A DNA stretch of 63,964 nt, filler included, from Dimargaris cristalligena (Eukaryota), in the NCBI GenBank assembly GCA_003614675.1. It is 4 parts of 4 records of this genome, joined end to end, with 100 filler letters (N's around TTAATTAATTAA, not from the genome) between each part and the next. Parts side by side here need not be neighbours in the genome. Positions count along the whole stretch, not along the records: positions 33,365 to 49,906 come from ML002842.1; positions 50,007 to 63,964 come from ML002970.1; 2 more parts are not named here. One strand, given 5' to 3'. The number at the start of each line of letters is the position of its first letter. The first letter of the stretch is position 1. This document shows, one piece after another, positions 46,312 to 58,848 of the stretch. Both the position numbers and the translations under genes were made by a program. Below the pieces are notes generated by a model. That model was given only the letters and a program-made list of their open reading frames with translations, was not told the DNA's origin and ran no database searches.

Positions 46312-49300
46312 ATGGATGTTGACACCCCGCCACGCTCCGGGGACCGTGTCCACCAATTGGCCAAGGCCCTCGCCGTCCAACGACTGAACTCCAGCAGCCC
46401 CAACCCCGACCCCGACTGGGAAGCCCTTTACGCCGAAAACTGGCGTCGCGCCGCCCCCTTCGACCACCTCGACTATTCCGATATTCTAGCCGTAGACCCC
46501 CACTTCCAACCGGGCCCCCAGACTATCGAGGCCTACCCGTTTTACGAGCAAAATAAAAGGGCCCACCAGCGCTGGGGCCCGCTCATGGCCACCCATTTAG
46601 CGGCCCAACGCGCCGCTGTGCATGCCAAGGAAATCCAGCTCAAGCGGCAGTTTAGGCACCTGTATCATTCGTGGCAGCGCTCTCTACAACAGTCCGGTCG
46701 GCTTGTCTCCGCCACTCCCGAAAGTACCGGCCCATCATCGCGCCAAACGAGTGTGGGGGCGGATGATCGGAACCCTTCGTCAACTACGACGGGGCATCTG
46801 CAATTAGGTACTACCACCACCGTGACGCGCCAGAAACGGCGCAACACTTCGGGCAGCGGGGCGGTATTCAGTAGTGATGCCGTTCGGAGTGAAGCCGAAT
46901 TGATGGAAATCATCCAGTCCCTCGAGCATGAAGAAATGCATAACCCCGATGTGCGGTCGTCCCGCACCGCCGCCGTTATCCCCAACATGATCCTTGACCC
47001 AGCCGAACGGGAACGATTTCTTTTTCATAATACCAACGGCTACGTGGCCAACCCGCGCGAATACTACGATATTGGCAAACCAATGCCGGAAACGAGCGCC
47101 GGCATTTGGTCTAAATCCCAGAGCGATGTATTTATCCGCAAATACCTAACCTACCCCAAGCGATTCGGAAAAATCTCATCGTTTGTAGACGGCAAGACCA
47201 TCACCCAGTGTGTGCTATTCTACTACCGCATGAAGAAGCACTTCCATTTCAAGTTCCTCCTAACCTCCCAAGGCCGGAGCGAGTTGCGCATGGCCCGGCG
47301 ATTGGGGCTGGGCTTGAGCCAGGCCGCTTTCCTTACCGGCTACATGTCAGGCCGCGGCAAAAAACTGCGGGATTTAGGCATTAAACACTTGGGCCCCCTC
47401 GACTTCCATGAACTCGACACTCTATTAGGCAGCTATGAACCCCATTCAGTAGCGCTTCTCCCAACTCTTAAAGCCCCACCTAAACCACCGCCACCCGCGG
47501 CACCCACACTGGGGGTCGACAATAGCCGACAGCCAACCCGGCGAACCCGGTCCCGGGCTTCTCTGAATGACGAAGTTCCGGTTAATTTAGCGGAAGACCA
47601 TTTCGGGTTGGGTTCGCCGCCCCCGAGTCGCCCCCCTTCCGCCGGCCTCACTTCACCCTGTCCCGAATGCCGTACCTCCCACGCGCGGTCGGGCGTATGT
47701 CCCCTCAAAAATCGGGGCCGCGGCCGTCGGCGCAAGGCGTCGTCTTCCCAAATACCCTCCGCATCGGCCCCATCAGCCCCATCAGCCCCATCGGATCCTC
47801 CAGTACCTCCCACCCCCACTCCAGCGCTGCCTGAATTATTGGCCCCGGTGGCAATACGCCGGCGCTCTTCATCCCGGACATCGCAGCCCGATTCTGTGTC
47901 TGTGTCTGCGGTGTTACGACGCGCATCTAAGAGTCCGGGGGCTCTTTTGGCAATCTCGGAACTACCTACTCCAACTCTACCCCCGGTCGCGGAATCCCTT
48001 CCGCTAGTCTCCCCCAAGGTTCCTGAACAGCTCGAGCCACAAATAGAACCTTCCGTTCCACCACCAGTATCGCCTCCGCCACCACCGGCGCCACGTCCTC
48101 CCTCCGTGGAGATTGCAGTGCCGATGGTAGTGGCGTCATCCCCAACTGCCCCGGTAACCGTACCAACGGCAATGGCTGAAGACACTCCCCTATCAAGCCC
48201 CTCTCTAGCGCATGCCAGCCCGACTACTAATTCGACCACCACCACTACAACTATCGCCCGCTGGTCCGACATGGATCGGGTCTTGGCGGTGGAAGGCTAC
48301 CGTCAACACGGCCGCGACTTTGAGGCAGTCTCCCAAATGGTTCGCACCAAAACGGAAGACCAGTGCCGCAACTTCTACCACAATTACCGTCGGAAATACG
48401 GCGCCGATGCATTCCAAAATCCCCCCGACTGGTTTAGCGACGAGGTTTTGGTGGCAGCCCAAACGCGGGCGGCTACCCTGCCCCAGAGTGTCGATCCCAA
48501 CCCCGTCAGTCCACGCCATGGTCGCCGTGCTAGTAACGTGGACGAAGGAGAGGGGTCTTTTGCCTCGCCGGTGCTTTTAGTTCCGGACCTGGATATGCCG
48601 AAGGACGAAGAGATGAGTCCAGCGGGGGAAATAACCCAGCCAGCGTCACTCGAGACTCCAGCTGAGGAGGCGTCGACTTCTATGAATATCCCTTCTGATG
48701 CAGTCGTCTCCCCTAAGCCCCAAGCAGAGACTAGCCCCACAGCCTTATCCTCACCCATTCAAATAAAACTCCCCGCACCACTTTCACCACCGCCAATGGC
48801 TACCATAGCAGCCCCCACCACACCAGTAGCGGCTGGCCCAGCGGACGTAGCCCCGAGCCCAGCTGATGACACCAATTCCGCCACATTCGCCCCGGTCCGT
48901 AAACCACACTACTCCTCGTACTGGTCAGTTTCCGAAAAATCGGCATTCCTAACCTATTTAGCGCAAATAGGCAAGAACTGGGAACAGATTGCCACTTCCC
49001 TAAAAACCAAAACAGCGGTCCAAGTGCGGAATTATTTTCAGAATAATCAGGAGCGGTTGAAGCTCGACAAGGTAGTGGAGGAGTCCCAGCGGCGCGACCC
49101 GCTAACCAATGACCCCCCTCCTCCTCCCATGAGTGGTAGTAGCAATGTAGATGGTGGTAGTATTGGCGTGATTGGTCCCGGTAGTAGTGTTATTAGTGGA
49201 TCAACTGCCCCTACCTCCCCTGCTTCAACTGTTCCCCCGTCGAGTACTGCTGGTGAGACGGTGGCCCTCGTACCTAAGAAACGGGCCTACAACAAGACTC

Positions 49301-49906
49301 ACCCACGCTGGAAAATGTTGGAAAACAAGGCCGCGGCCAAGGCTATTGCGGTTGGGGGCTCATCAACTTCAATGAGCCGCGAACCTTCATCACCACGCAA
49401 GGGAACTGTACCGGCACCACCTGCAACCCCACCTAAAATTACACTCCAGACCACGCCCTCCTCGCTTCCTGGGTTGTCCCCATCGGCGGCCGCCCCTCCG
49501 ACTTACTATGCCCCGGTGCTATCGGCCACCCTACATACCCCTACCGCTCCTGAAGCGCGACCCCCGTCGCCTCCACCTATTTCAGAGCCAACCCCCGTTG
49601 CTGCCCCGAAAATTACCAAAATCGACGCCCTGTTAAATACCACCTCGGACAATGACAGCTCAATGGACTGGCAACACGGGGCTATCATGGACTGGTTTTC
49701 CACGTCAGTTGAACCGGAACCAGAACTTGCACCGGAAAATACCTCTGCCGAAGTGGCTTCTCCCTATATCTCTTCTACCCCGGTACCTGCCGAACAAGCC
49801 CTTATGCTCCCTAGTCCGGAGCCTATGAAGATTCCGGATGATGTTGTCATGACCCAGGCGGATATGCTGCCAACTGTGATGCCGTCCACCGCCCCCCCCC
49901 CCCCCC
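46312..49906 (+). CDS. SNT1: Snt1/NCoR-like SANT-domain corepressor scaffold, 3'-truncated by an assembly gap
   Basis: DAVRSEAELMEII and AVIPNM precede SANT1 (WSKSQSDVF..YPKRFGKI..KTITQCVLFYY..KK); two further SANT repeats; ORF open up to the poly-C/N gap. Confidence 0.8.
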
Positions 49907-50006
49907 NNNNNNNNNNNNNNNNNNNNNNNNNNNNNNNNNNNNNNNNNNNNTTAATTAATTAANNNNNNNNNNNNNNNNNNNNNNNNNNNNNNNNNNNNNN
50001 NNNNNN
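49907..50006. other. Artificial contig linker
   Basis: N44-TTAATTAATTAA-N44. Confidence 0.98.
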
Positions 50007-50061
50007 ATCTATCTTTTCAAATAAAGTTCAGTTTTCAAGGATTTGATTTCAGTTCTTTACA
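50007..50061 (+). repeat. Second copy of the LTR-like 3' end (...TTTACA)
   Basis: Matches ~33523-33577; similarity stops exactly after TTTACA. Confidence 0.7.
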
Positions 50062-50268
50062 ACATGGCTATGTCTTCATCCTAATTCTCTCGTCCGTCTA
50101 TTATCTTACTATCTGGGCACAGCAATGTTTATTATTCCCCATTTATCAGCAGCAGGTGAGTGCCTAACTAACATTTATAATATATGAATATGCAACCGAC
50201 CAGCAGCTAGCAATGGCATTCATGGCTGATACTGGTGGGAGGAATGGTCCCATATTGTTAAATAGCAA

Positions 50269-50328
50269 CATATGGGTGAAGTTCAGCTTAGTTGTATAAG
50301 GTTTTAACCAATATGTGTATGGGAAAAT
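50269..50328 (+). mobile_element. MITE-like element, 5' fragment
   Basis: catatgggtgaagttcagcttagttgtataaggttttaac..tatgtgtatgggaaaat matches 40179-40238. Confidence 0.75.
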
Positions 50329-50911
50329 AGTATAATACGGCATTGCCCAGCTGAAGACAGCACAGTGGGGCTAACCCTAAAATCCTTCATATTTCGGATG
50401 TCTAGTACTCAAATGGTCCTATTCTACAGAACAGAGGAGGGAACAGTGAACAACAGGAAGTCTGTGCAACTTGGATAAAGCCGACAGAACTGGAGTAAAG
50501 AGCAGGGTGATGCGAGAAATATAGAAGGGGGTGGTTGACTGGCTAACCTAACTAGAAGAGAAACCGAGCTGGCCAATGGAGCTCCTCTGTTCGATTTGTT
50601 GTGGGATGCACTTGACTCTCCAATGAGTATGAAGAGGAGGTGATGATCCTTTGATTGAGCGAGCACTACTGCTACATCCCCTTGGTTACCCCCCATAGGC
50701 ATCAATGGAGGTCTTTTTATTCTACTCAATATAAAGGCCCTTTTATCTTTAGCTACCGAAGTTTTCTAAGCTATAATTATAGAGACCAGTAGGGAAGAGC
50801 GGCATCCGCGTACAATCCTGTTTTCATGCCGGCCTCTTTACGTTGGTGAAATGGTTCGTCAATCTATAGTTATGCGCTCCGTTTAACCCAATCTTCTGCT
50901 ACTTCCAACCA

Positions 50912-50918
50912 TATAAAT
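50912..50918 (+). promoter_or_regulatory. Candidate TATA box of the small secreted protein gene
   Basis: TATAAAT ~260 bp upstream of the ATG, followed by a pyrimidine/CAT-rich leader. Confidence 0.4.
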
Positions 50919-51174
50919 ACTGTCCAGTTGCCTCCAGTTGCTCAACCCCATTAGTATCACTATCATCATCAGCATCAACATCAACATCAATATCATCCTC
51001 ACTATCCACTGATTTGCACTCATTATATTCTCACATTACCCACCTTGCTTTTTTTATGGCTTAGCATTTTCTCGGTCCCGTTTTATTCTACCATTTTTGC
51101 CAAGTAATGTCCACCACCACCCCCTGCGATCACATCCCAACTCCGTCCTTCATACTCACTTACTTACCACCACC

Positions 51175-51468
51175 ATGCGTTTCCTAGCCCTTACCAGCGC
51201 ACTGATGGCCCTCGTTCTGACGTCGCTCTACACCGTGGGGACCGCTGCTCCATCCAAGCCTACTACTCTATCTAAACCTGCTATTCCATCCAAGCCTGCT
51301 ACTCCATCCAAGTCCGATGTTAAAACCCCCAAATTTGCTCCCGTAAAAACGGAACGCACCTACGGAGGAACGAATAGACAATCCGTTCAAGCCGTTACCA
51401 GCTGGGAAAAAACTAAGAAGACATGGCCCAAGGTTGAGGTAAAACCCGGCTTTCGGAGCAGTGGCTGA
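51175..51468 (+). CDS. Small basic secreted protein, 97 aa
   Basis: CACCATG start; signal peptide MRFLALTSALMALVLTSLYTVGTA; SKP repeats; Lys-rich, Cys-free mature part. Confidence 0.75.
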   Translation: MRFLALTSALMALVLTSLYTVGTAAPSKPTTLSKPAIPSKPATPSKSDVKTPKFAPVKTERTYGGTNRQSVQAVTSWEKTKKTWPKVEVKPGFRSSG

Positions 51469-52861
51469 GTCTAAGCTGCTGGCCGCTGCACTACTACTCT
51501 TCTGGGTAGACCCCCCGTCGAATCCCATCCATAGATTTTCGTAGGAATTGATGTGTTTTCTGTAGACTGTACTATTCACGATGGCTGGATTGGCCATCGG
51601 GGCAGTTGCCTTTATCCGCACTGGATCTATTATTAGTCGGTCCGCCAATTGTTGCAATTAAATTAAATGGTTGTGTTTTTATATACATTGGGTCGGAAAA
51701 TTGTATCGCTGTTTTGCACTTTTGGGTTTACGGGGGAATTGCTTGGAATCTAGTAGAGAGAGAGATAAATGGCTACCACCAGGAGAAAGTCCTACTTCTA
51801 TAGTATATCCATGCTACACTGTACATTTTTACAATTTTTCGAACCATTGTATAAGCAATATGGGATTTTAAAGTAGGCTAGGTTGGTTGATTACATACTG
51901 ACGTGGAGCGACTGTCGTCCATGGATTGTAAATGGGTGAAAAAGTAAGCATACCCTTTCATTTAAGGCGTTGGAATTGGGTGATAGAGTCCCCCTTCCTA
52001 CCCTACTGTCACAATTAGGCCGAGTTAGGCTAGGGTCCACCACATCAGCCGAGTTGGGGTTCGAGGGGGATAAATGACTAGATATATAGATATAAGTATA
52101 AGTATTTTATTAAGACATAAGGTTTGCCGGGTGGCGCAGATTATTATCTAATTTATACCCCAGGCTAATCAGTTATGTTTTAATGGGGTCAATAACCGTT
52201 CTTCGCCTTTTAGGCGTTGCTTTAGAGTAGGGAGAATCAGGTGACCTCGACATCATTAGTGGGGTCGATCTCTCCTAATGGTTGCACTACCTCGCATACC
52301 TTTCTTCTACATACCATACCGTACCGTACCGCCAAGCCAAACCCCTTCAAGTACCTGGGGGTTTTTCCTCAGGACCCACTGTTTGACTAGGTGTTGGGCA
52401 CCAGGGTCCGGGCCGAGGGGTTTAACCAAACCCTGGAGAAGGGGCCTGGAATAGTGTAGTATAGTGTGACGACCAAACTCCCTGGCAATTAATAATATAG
52501 ACTTCCGAAGTCGGCTCATCTGGACCTCTTCTTTCCACTCTCGTGAGGCTCAATTACTTTTATTGAGCAGAGCGTCCCACTTTCTTCTCTTTCATCTTTC
52601 TGGCCATCCCCGCTGGGCCTTTCCATTGACTTGTATCCTTCTCCTTATATTATAAAGCTTTGCTCTACGCTCAAAGACTTGCACTCCGTTGCTTCCTTTG
52701 CCCAGTGTCTCATTAAATTCCTACTCAAGTCTCTCTCTCTCTATTCCCTGTTCAAGGGTGTCTGTTCCCCGTCAAGTACACTCTTAGCTTCCTCCTATCC
52801 ACCCCTTGTTCACCTCCCCTCCCCCCCCAGCCGTCGTTTCGATCCGCTTGGCAGCTGCTGA

Positions 52862-55800
52862 ATGGTGGAATTGGCGGCCTCCCCCGGGCCACCCGACGAG
52901 GCCCCTCCTACTGCGTCGTTAACCCCCGCCGCCATTAATGCCGCGCTGGGGTTTCACGCTTTCCATGCCTCTCACCGGCATGCCCATAAAACCACCAAAA
53001 ATGGCCTGCCGCGCATTTCCGCCGCCACCGAAATCTTCGGTCGATTCCAGAGTCTCCAGGTAAGGAAGGGTCCCCAGGCGCCTCTGCCCTCTTCTCACAC
53101 CCCCCCTCCCTCCTTCAGCTGGGTGATGGGGGACGGAAGAATATTACAACCTGTCCCGAACTCCTCTGACTATACTGCTTTGGCCATACGTAGGGTTCGA
53201 AAGACTAATCGCGCCCGTCAATTGTGAACTTCCTAACTATGTTCCCTCTTTATTTAGTCCCTCGACCATCCCGGACTGTGCCGCTATCTCGATATCATCA
53301 AGGAAAAGCACGGTAAGTCGCGTTGTGTACTTATCTGGTTTTGTGTAACCGGCCTCGATTCAAGTCTGTCCTGGGGGACTACCATACGTGTCCATTGGCT
53401 GTATAGTATATATACCATACCCCCTCCTATGACCCTTTACCGATTGCCGCCTACACTGGGGCGCACTGATCCGACCACTCATCCCTGATTATGTGTATTA
53501 TTACCGCGGGCCGTGCTCGTATATTGTGCGACACATGCATCCAACAGGGCGTCTGATCACCGTATCGGAATACTATGACGCGGACTTGACCAGCCTGCCA
53601 CGGGCGGGAATAGCCGACGAGTAAGTAGATGTATGGTGGCATATATCCCCCGAACCACCCGGCATGATAATGCACCCCCTATGCTGACCCGCCGAACTCG
53701 TGGGGCCCATGTTTGCCGGGGTTGTCCACTGAACCAATAGAAAATGACCCTATCGGAACTAACCGACCGCCACTTACATGTTCTTCCTTATCTAATTATA
53801 CGGCCCATCGACCGACTAGCGATCCGGATCTCATCGACCAGGTCACGCAAATGGCTTTTCAGATCCTGGATACACTGAGCCACCTGGCCGAGCACAATGT
53901 GGTCCTCCATAACTTACAACCCTCGAATATTCGGGTTCGGCAACCGGTAGGCATCTAGTAGTTTTGTTATATCCATATTGGGCCAAAGTAGCCCCCTTCA
54001 CACTGTCTAAACCCGCTAACCTGGATCGACTGGTTGCCTTATATTATATCGAAAATGTCGAACTTCACCTAACGCAATTCTACCGTGGTGATTTATGTGA
54101 TCTGCCCCGACTCCCTAGGACAATCGCCTTAAACTGGTGCACTACGGCCTCTACCATATGACGCACTCCGGGTTCCACGTCGATTTCCCTATCGGGTAAG
54201 CCACCGGCCCTGCTCCTAGTCCTTCATGTACTTCCCCTCCCTTCATTCTCTTCGCACTCCCCTTAGTCTTTCGTTTCCCCCCTGCCTGGTCCAGTCCAGG
54301 TGAAATAATAGCCGGAATGCTAACCCCATATGTATATCATTGTTACCCCTAGCTGCCCCCGCTACCTTCCTCCGGATGCCCTCCTGGCCATCGTCGAACG
54401 GGCATTTACTGGTCCCGACTCACATGTTCCGTGTTTAGTAAGTGGAGATGGTGGGGTTGTCCCTTGTTTGTACCCAATCCCTTGTAAGGTTACCCCTTCG
54501 TTGCTTGGTCTGTTCCCCTCAGTATGATTATCCAATAATACTAATACCAATACTAATCATCGCAATGCCTATAATGACCCTGCTCCTACCAATCGTATAT
54601 AAACAGGGCGTGGTTGACATATGGTCTCTAGGGGTCATCTTATGCGAGCGACTCACGGGTACTTCCTTTTGGAACCCCGACGCCGCTCTGTCGGACCTCT
54701 TTAGTACCCTGGAACAGGTCTACTACGAGTGCCTCACCTTGCCTCCCTCGGTCGCCCAGTCAGGCCTAGCCATGTGGCGCCATATTCGGGAGAACTTTCT
54801 CTTTTGCGAGCTGAATCCCGATTGCACATTCCATTTAATCGACCAGTACGACAACTTGAGCGACTCGGCCGCGGATGAATCCCACCGGGCGCTGCTTGAG
54901 GCCGTTTTTCAATGTCTTCTGCCTAACGAACTGTACCGTCCCACAGCGGCGGATTTATTGGCCGGCCCCCCCTTCGCCAACTTACGTGCCCCCGCAGTGC
55001 TGGATGAGCCCTGGGCGGACCCGTTCGAGTACCAGTCCTCTCTGCGCTGCCGCTATCTTCATCTAAACGATCCCCCGGCTGCCCAGCCCTCGGATAAGCG
55101 TCACGATGGCGTCTCCGCTTGGCCGGCGCTTACCGATTTGGACCTCGGTACTCTCTATTATCTGTGGGATATCGCGGGAGGTCGGGCGGCTAAAGTAGTG
55201 GATCAGTACTTCGGCCAGGCTCCCGTATTCCCCATCGAGCGGATCCCACCGACGTTGGGTATTGATACCCGTGGGTTCGCCTCGGGCCAGCCCATGGCAG
55301 CCCCCCGGGTCGACCCCACCTACCTTTACCGGGATGCGGCCGCCATCATCACTCGGCCCGCTGCCCTAGCCTTCATTCGCGATCACTCAGAAATGTATTA
55401 CGACGTGAATATCAACCATTTCGACGATGATCGGGAAACCCTGGCAGTGGACTTTTTAACCGGCACCGAAGAGGATGCCGAAACCTTGCTCAACTCCGCC
55501 CTGATGGTTCAGTTCACCCAGCCGGCGTCCCAGGGTATTTTGTTGGCGCCGTTTCCCGCCCCCACACCGCCAACCGCTCAACCAGCCCTACCCACCTCCC
55601 GGGCCACGACTCCGGGAGCTGACAGTAGTCACTCCCACCCGGGTGCTCTGACCGAAAAAGGCATCCTCACCGACGCTTTTGCCACCCAGCGTGACTCCAG
55701 CGATACTGAGCAACCCTCGCTCCTGCATACCCCGGAATGCCTTTCCATCCTCCTTAATTCCCTCTCGGCCTTGACCCCCGAACGGCGGCGGGAGTACCAA

Positions 55801-57792
55801 AGTATGCAGGTATCCATTCGCGAGCGTGATCCCAACTACCAGCTCCACCGGATGACCCTCTTCCAGCACCTGCTCGACTGCTACCCGGCCTCCCGCTCGG
55901 AAATCATTCGCCAGGCCCGGGTGGATATTCCCCCGCGGGTTCGGCCCCAGGTCTGGTCGGCCATTCTAGGGGTCCTGCGCTGCGACGAGTGGGTCTACCG
56001 CCATGTGGACAAGGAATCCCCTGGGGCGTCGGATAAACAAATCGACGTGGATATCCCTCGGTGTCACCAGTACCATAACTTGCTGGGTTCGTCCGAGGGC
56101 CACGTTAAAATGCGGCGTGTCCTCAAGGCCTGGTTACGCGCGCATCCCCATCTGGTGTACTGGCAGGGTCTGGATTCGGTCACGGCCCCGTTTTTGACCC
56201 TCCACTTCAACGACGAGTACCAGGCGTTCGCCTGTTTGGCCCGCTTTATCCAAAAGTATATCCCCCGACTGTTCACCCCTAATAATACGCAGGTCATGAT
56301 CGGCTACTTTGCCGTGTTCCAACACCTCCTAACCTTCCACGACCCGGAACTGTCGGTGCATCTTACGAAAACGGACTTTACCCCCCAGCTGTACGCCATG
56401 CCCTGGTTCTTGACCATGTTTACCCACGTGTTCCCCCTCGATAAGACCTATTTAATTTGGGATAAATTCCTGGTGGCCCCCCGTTCATTCCCGCACTTCT
56501 TCGGGTTGGCCATTCTCCGCCAGGCCCGGCCCATGCTGTTATCGTCGGGCTTCAACGAACACATCACCATGTTCACCAATGGCCTGCCCTCCATTGATAT
56601 CGAAGCCTGTATTCAGAGCGCCTACCAACTATGCCAAATCACCCCGCCGTCCGTCATGAAACTCCCGCCCGAATCGGATAATGCCCCCATGGAACCCGCG
56701 GGCTCCACCACCTCGCTGGATTCCTGGGAAACCGCGCCCTGGTGGAACACCCCGATCAGCCTCGAGGCCCGCCAGGCCGAGCCGGTACCCCGTATTTTCG
56801 TGTCCGACTTGACCCGCCTGCGTGGGGAGCTGACCCTGTACGTGGACATCCGGGACGAAGGTACGTACCAGCGGCGGGGCCATGTCATCAACTCCCTCCG
56901 CGTTCCGGGTTCGGTGCTGAAAACGGTCCCCAATTACCTGAAATCCGTGTGCCGGGACTACCTGATTATTGTGGCCGATGACCAAGGAGGAGCCGAAGCC
57001 CCGTCGGAGTCCGGTCCGGCCTCGGAACCCACCACCCATGCTTTTGCGGAAGCTTTGGTCAATGCGGCATTCGCCCATGTGTGTCGGTTGCACGGTGGAG
57101 TGGAGGCTTTACGGGCGGCCCACCAATGGGAACAGACCAAACCCACGGGAACCTCCCGGGCGTCCACCACTGCCGCCGCTTTTAATGGTGGTGGTGGTGG
57201 TGGCGGAGTTCCAGTCTCGCCGGTCAGTCCTTCCAGTACCGGGATGGCAGTTGGGATTGATACCGTCCCGTCCCCCTCCAAGTCGTCCGGAAAGAACCTG
57301 CTCTTCGACGAAGAAATGGCGAATGATTCCGAGTTGTCGTCGTCTCCGGCGGTATTGATCGGTAGAGGGCATACCCATCCTTCGCCCGACCAAACGGCGT
57401 CCTCCAGTCCCGTTAATAACCATAGCCCCGCGATACCTACGACTACTACTGGCAAGCGCATGGCGACGGCGGGGGTGGGACCATTGCCCGCGCTGTGTTA
57501 CTGTCGACCCGCTAAACTGACCTTGACGGCTAGTAAAGGCTGGTCGGAGAATCGATTGGTGGTCTACCGGTGCACGGGACAGCGTCCGAGTACGACTGGC
57601 TCGGTGGAGGGAGCCCATACCCCTACGGCCACTACTACTACACCCAAACGGTCCAACTCGAGTTTGAGTAGCGGGGGAGGAGGGGCCTTGGCAGCGTTAG
57701 GCATCTACCTCCGGGAGAATGCCCCTAGCAGCGTCGGTCTGACGTCCACCCCGTCGTTGAGCAGCAGCTCCTTCAACGAGAGTCTAATCTAA
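52862..57792 (+). CDS. TBCK: TBC-domain-containing kinase-like protein (pseudokinase-TBC-rhodanese), ~1266 aa; exons 52862-53059, 53258-53312, 53548-53620, 53820-53946, 54119-54195, 54353-54437, 54607-57792
   Basis: Six GT-AG introns keep the frame and give IFGRFQSLQSLDHPGLCRYLDI..KH, KLVHYGLYHMT.SG..VDFPIG.P.YL and DIWSLG. TBC fingers QIDVDIPRCHQY and YWQGLDS; rhodanese-like VDIRDE...GHV..S and LHGG. Confidence 0.92.
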
Positions 57793-58848
57793 ATCCACGG
57801 GTATTATTAACTAGTGGTAGTGGTGATAGGATGCTCTGTACCATCCCCCCCTCCTCCCTGCCACTCTTGGTCGAATCACTGTTATTTATTGGTTGGGTTG
57901 CTCAAGTCCACTTTAAAACTATTACGCCTTATACAATATATCCGCTTCCCATTTTATATACGTATAAAATATATACAATTACTTTTTCTTAATGATTTCT
58001 TTATTCCTATTATTACGACCAACCATTTCCTCACCCACGCTGCAAGTCGCAGCTTTCGAGGCTTTACTACTTCTCCGTTGCATTTCCATACTGATTATTA
58101 GTTTCTCTACTTAAATCCCTCGCGCACGGTACCTCAGTATGTTTTTACAGACCCATTATGCCTTTACACCTACCCTCTCCCTACCTTTTCTTACCCTCAC
58201 ATGCGCCTTTTTCTTGGCTTAGCTTATTCCAACATCTATGATTATAGCCGGGTAGAAACTCTACCTTCCAATTTTGACAACTAACTTAGGGTTTTCATTG
58301 ATTGCTCTTGCCTCTTCTACCCCTTTTTTCAATTTGTTTGTTGGCCATTATGTGTGCCATACGGTCATTACGACCCCTTGCCCATTACCAATTATACCCA
58401 TGTCTAAATTATACGCATCTTACGCCCGATGTCTTATTTGAATTACGGTTCTACATTCCGTTATGCCTCTACCTCTCTGTGTTCGACTTGAAGTTAGCGA
58501 CCAACCAATAGACTGAAGATGCGCTATGTAATCTTTATTCTAACCAATCCTATGTGTCTAGTAGATGATTATGGAAGGGGGGGTTCGGAGTTATAATGAA
58601 AATAGAACAAAATAGTATAAAAAAAACCGCACCACATGGACAAATTCATGCTAGGCCGATCTAATAACAGTACACCACACAGTTACCCAAACAAATTATA
58701 TTTATATATAAAAATGTCAACGAAAGCGGTTGGAGCCAAGAGAACAGTCCTCACGATTGGAGAAATTGGAAAAATATAGAATCTTCCGAGGAACTCTGGT
58801 CAACTGGATCCAAATATATATATATAGCCACAAAATATTCTTAGTTAA

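Noticed and set aside
54442-54606. Hydrophobic N-terminus of the 1116-aa ORF suggesting a membrane anchor on TBCK
   Set aside because: Lies inside the intron 54438-54606; the true exon starts at 54607.
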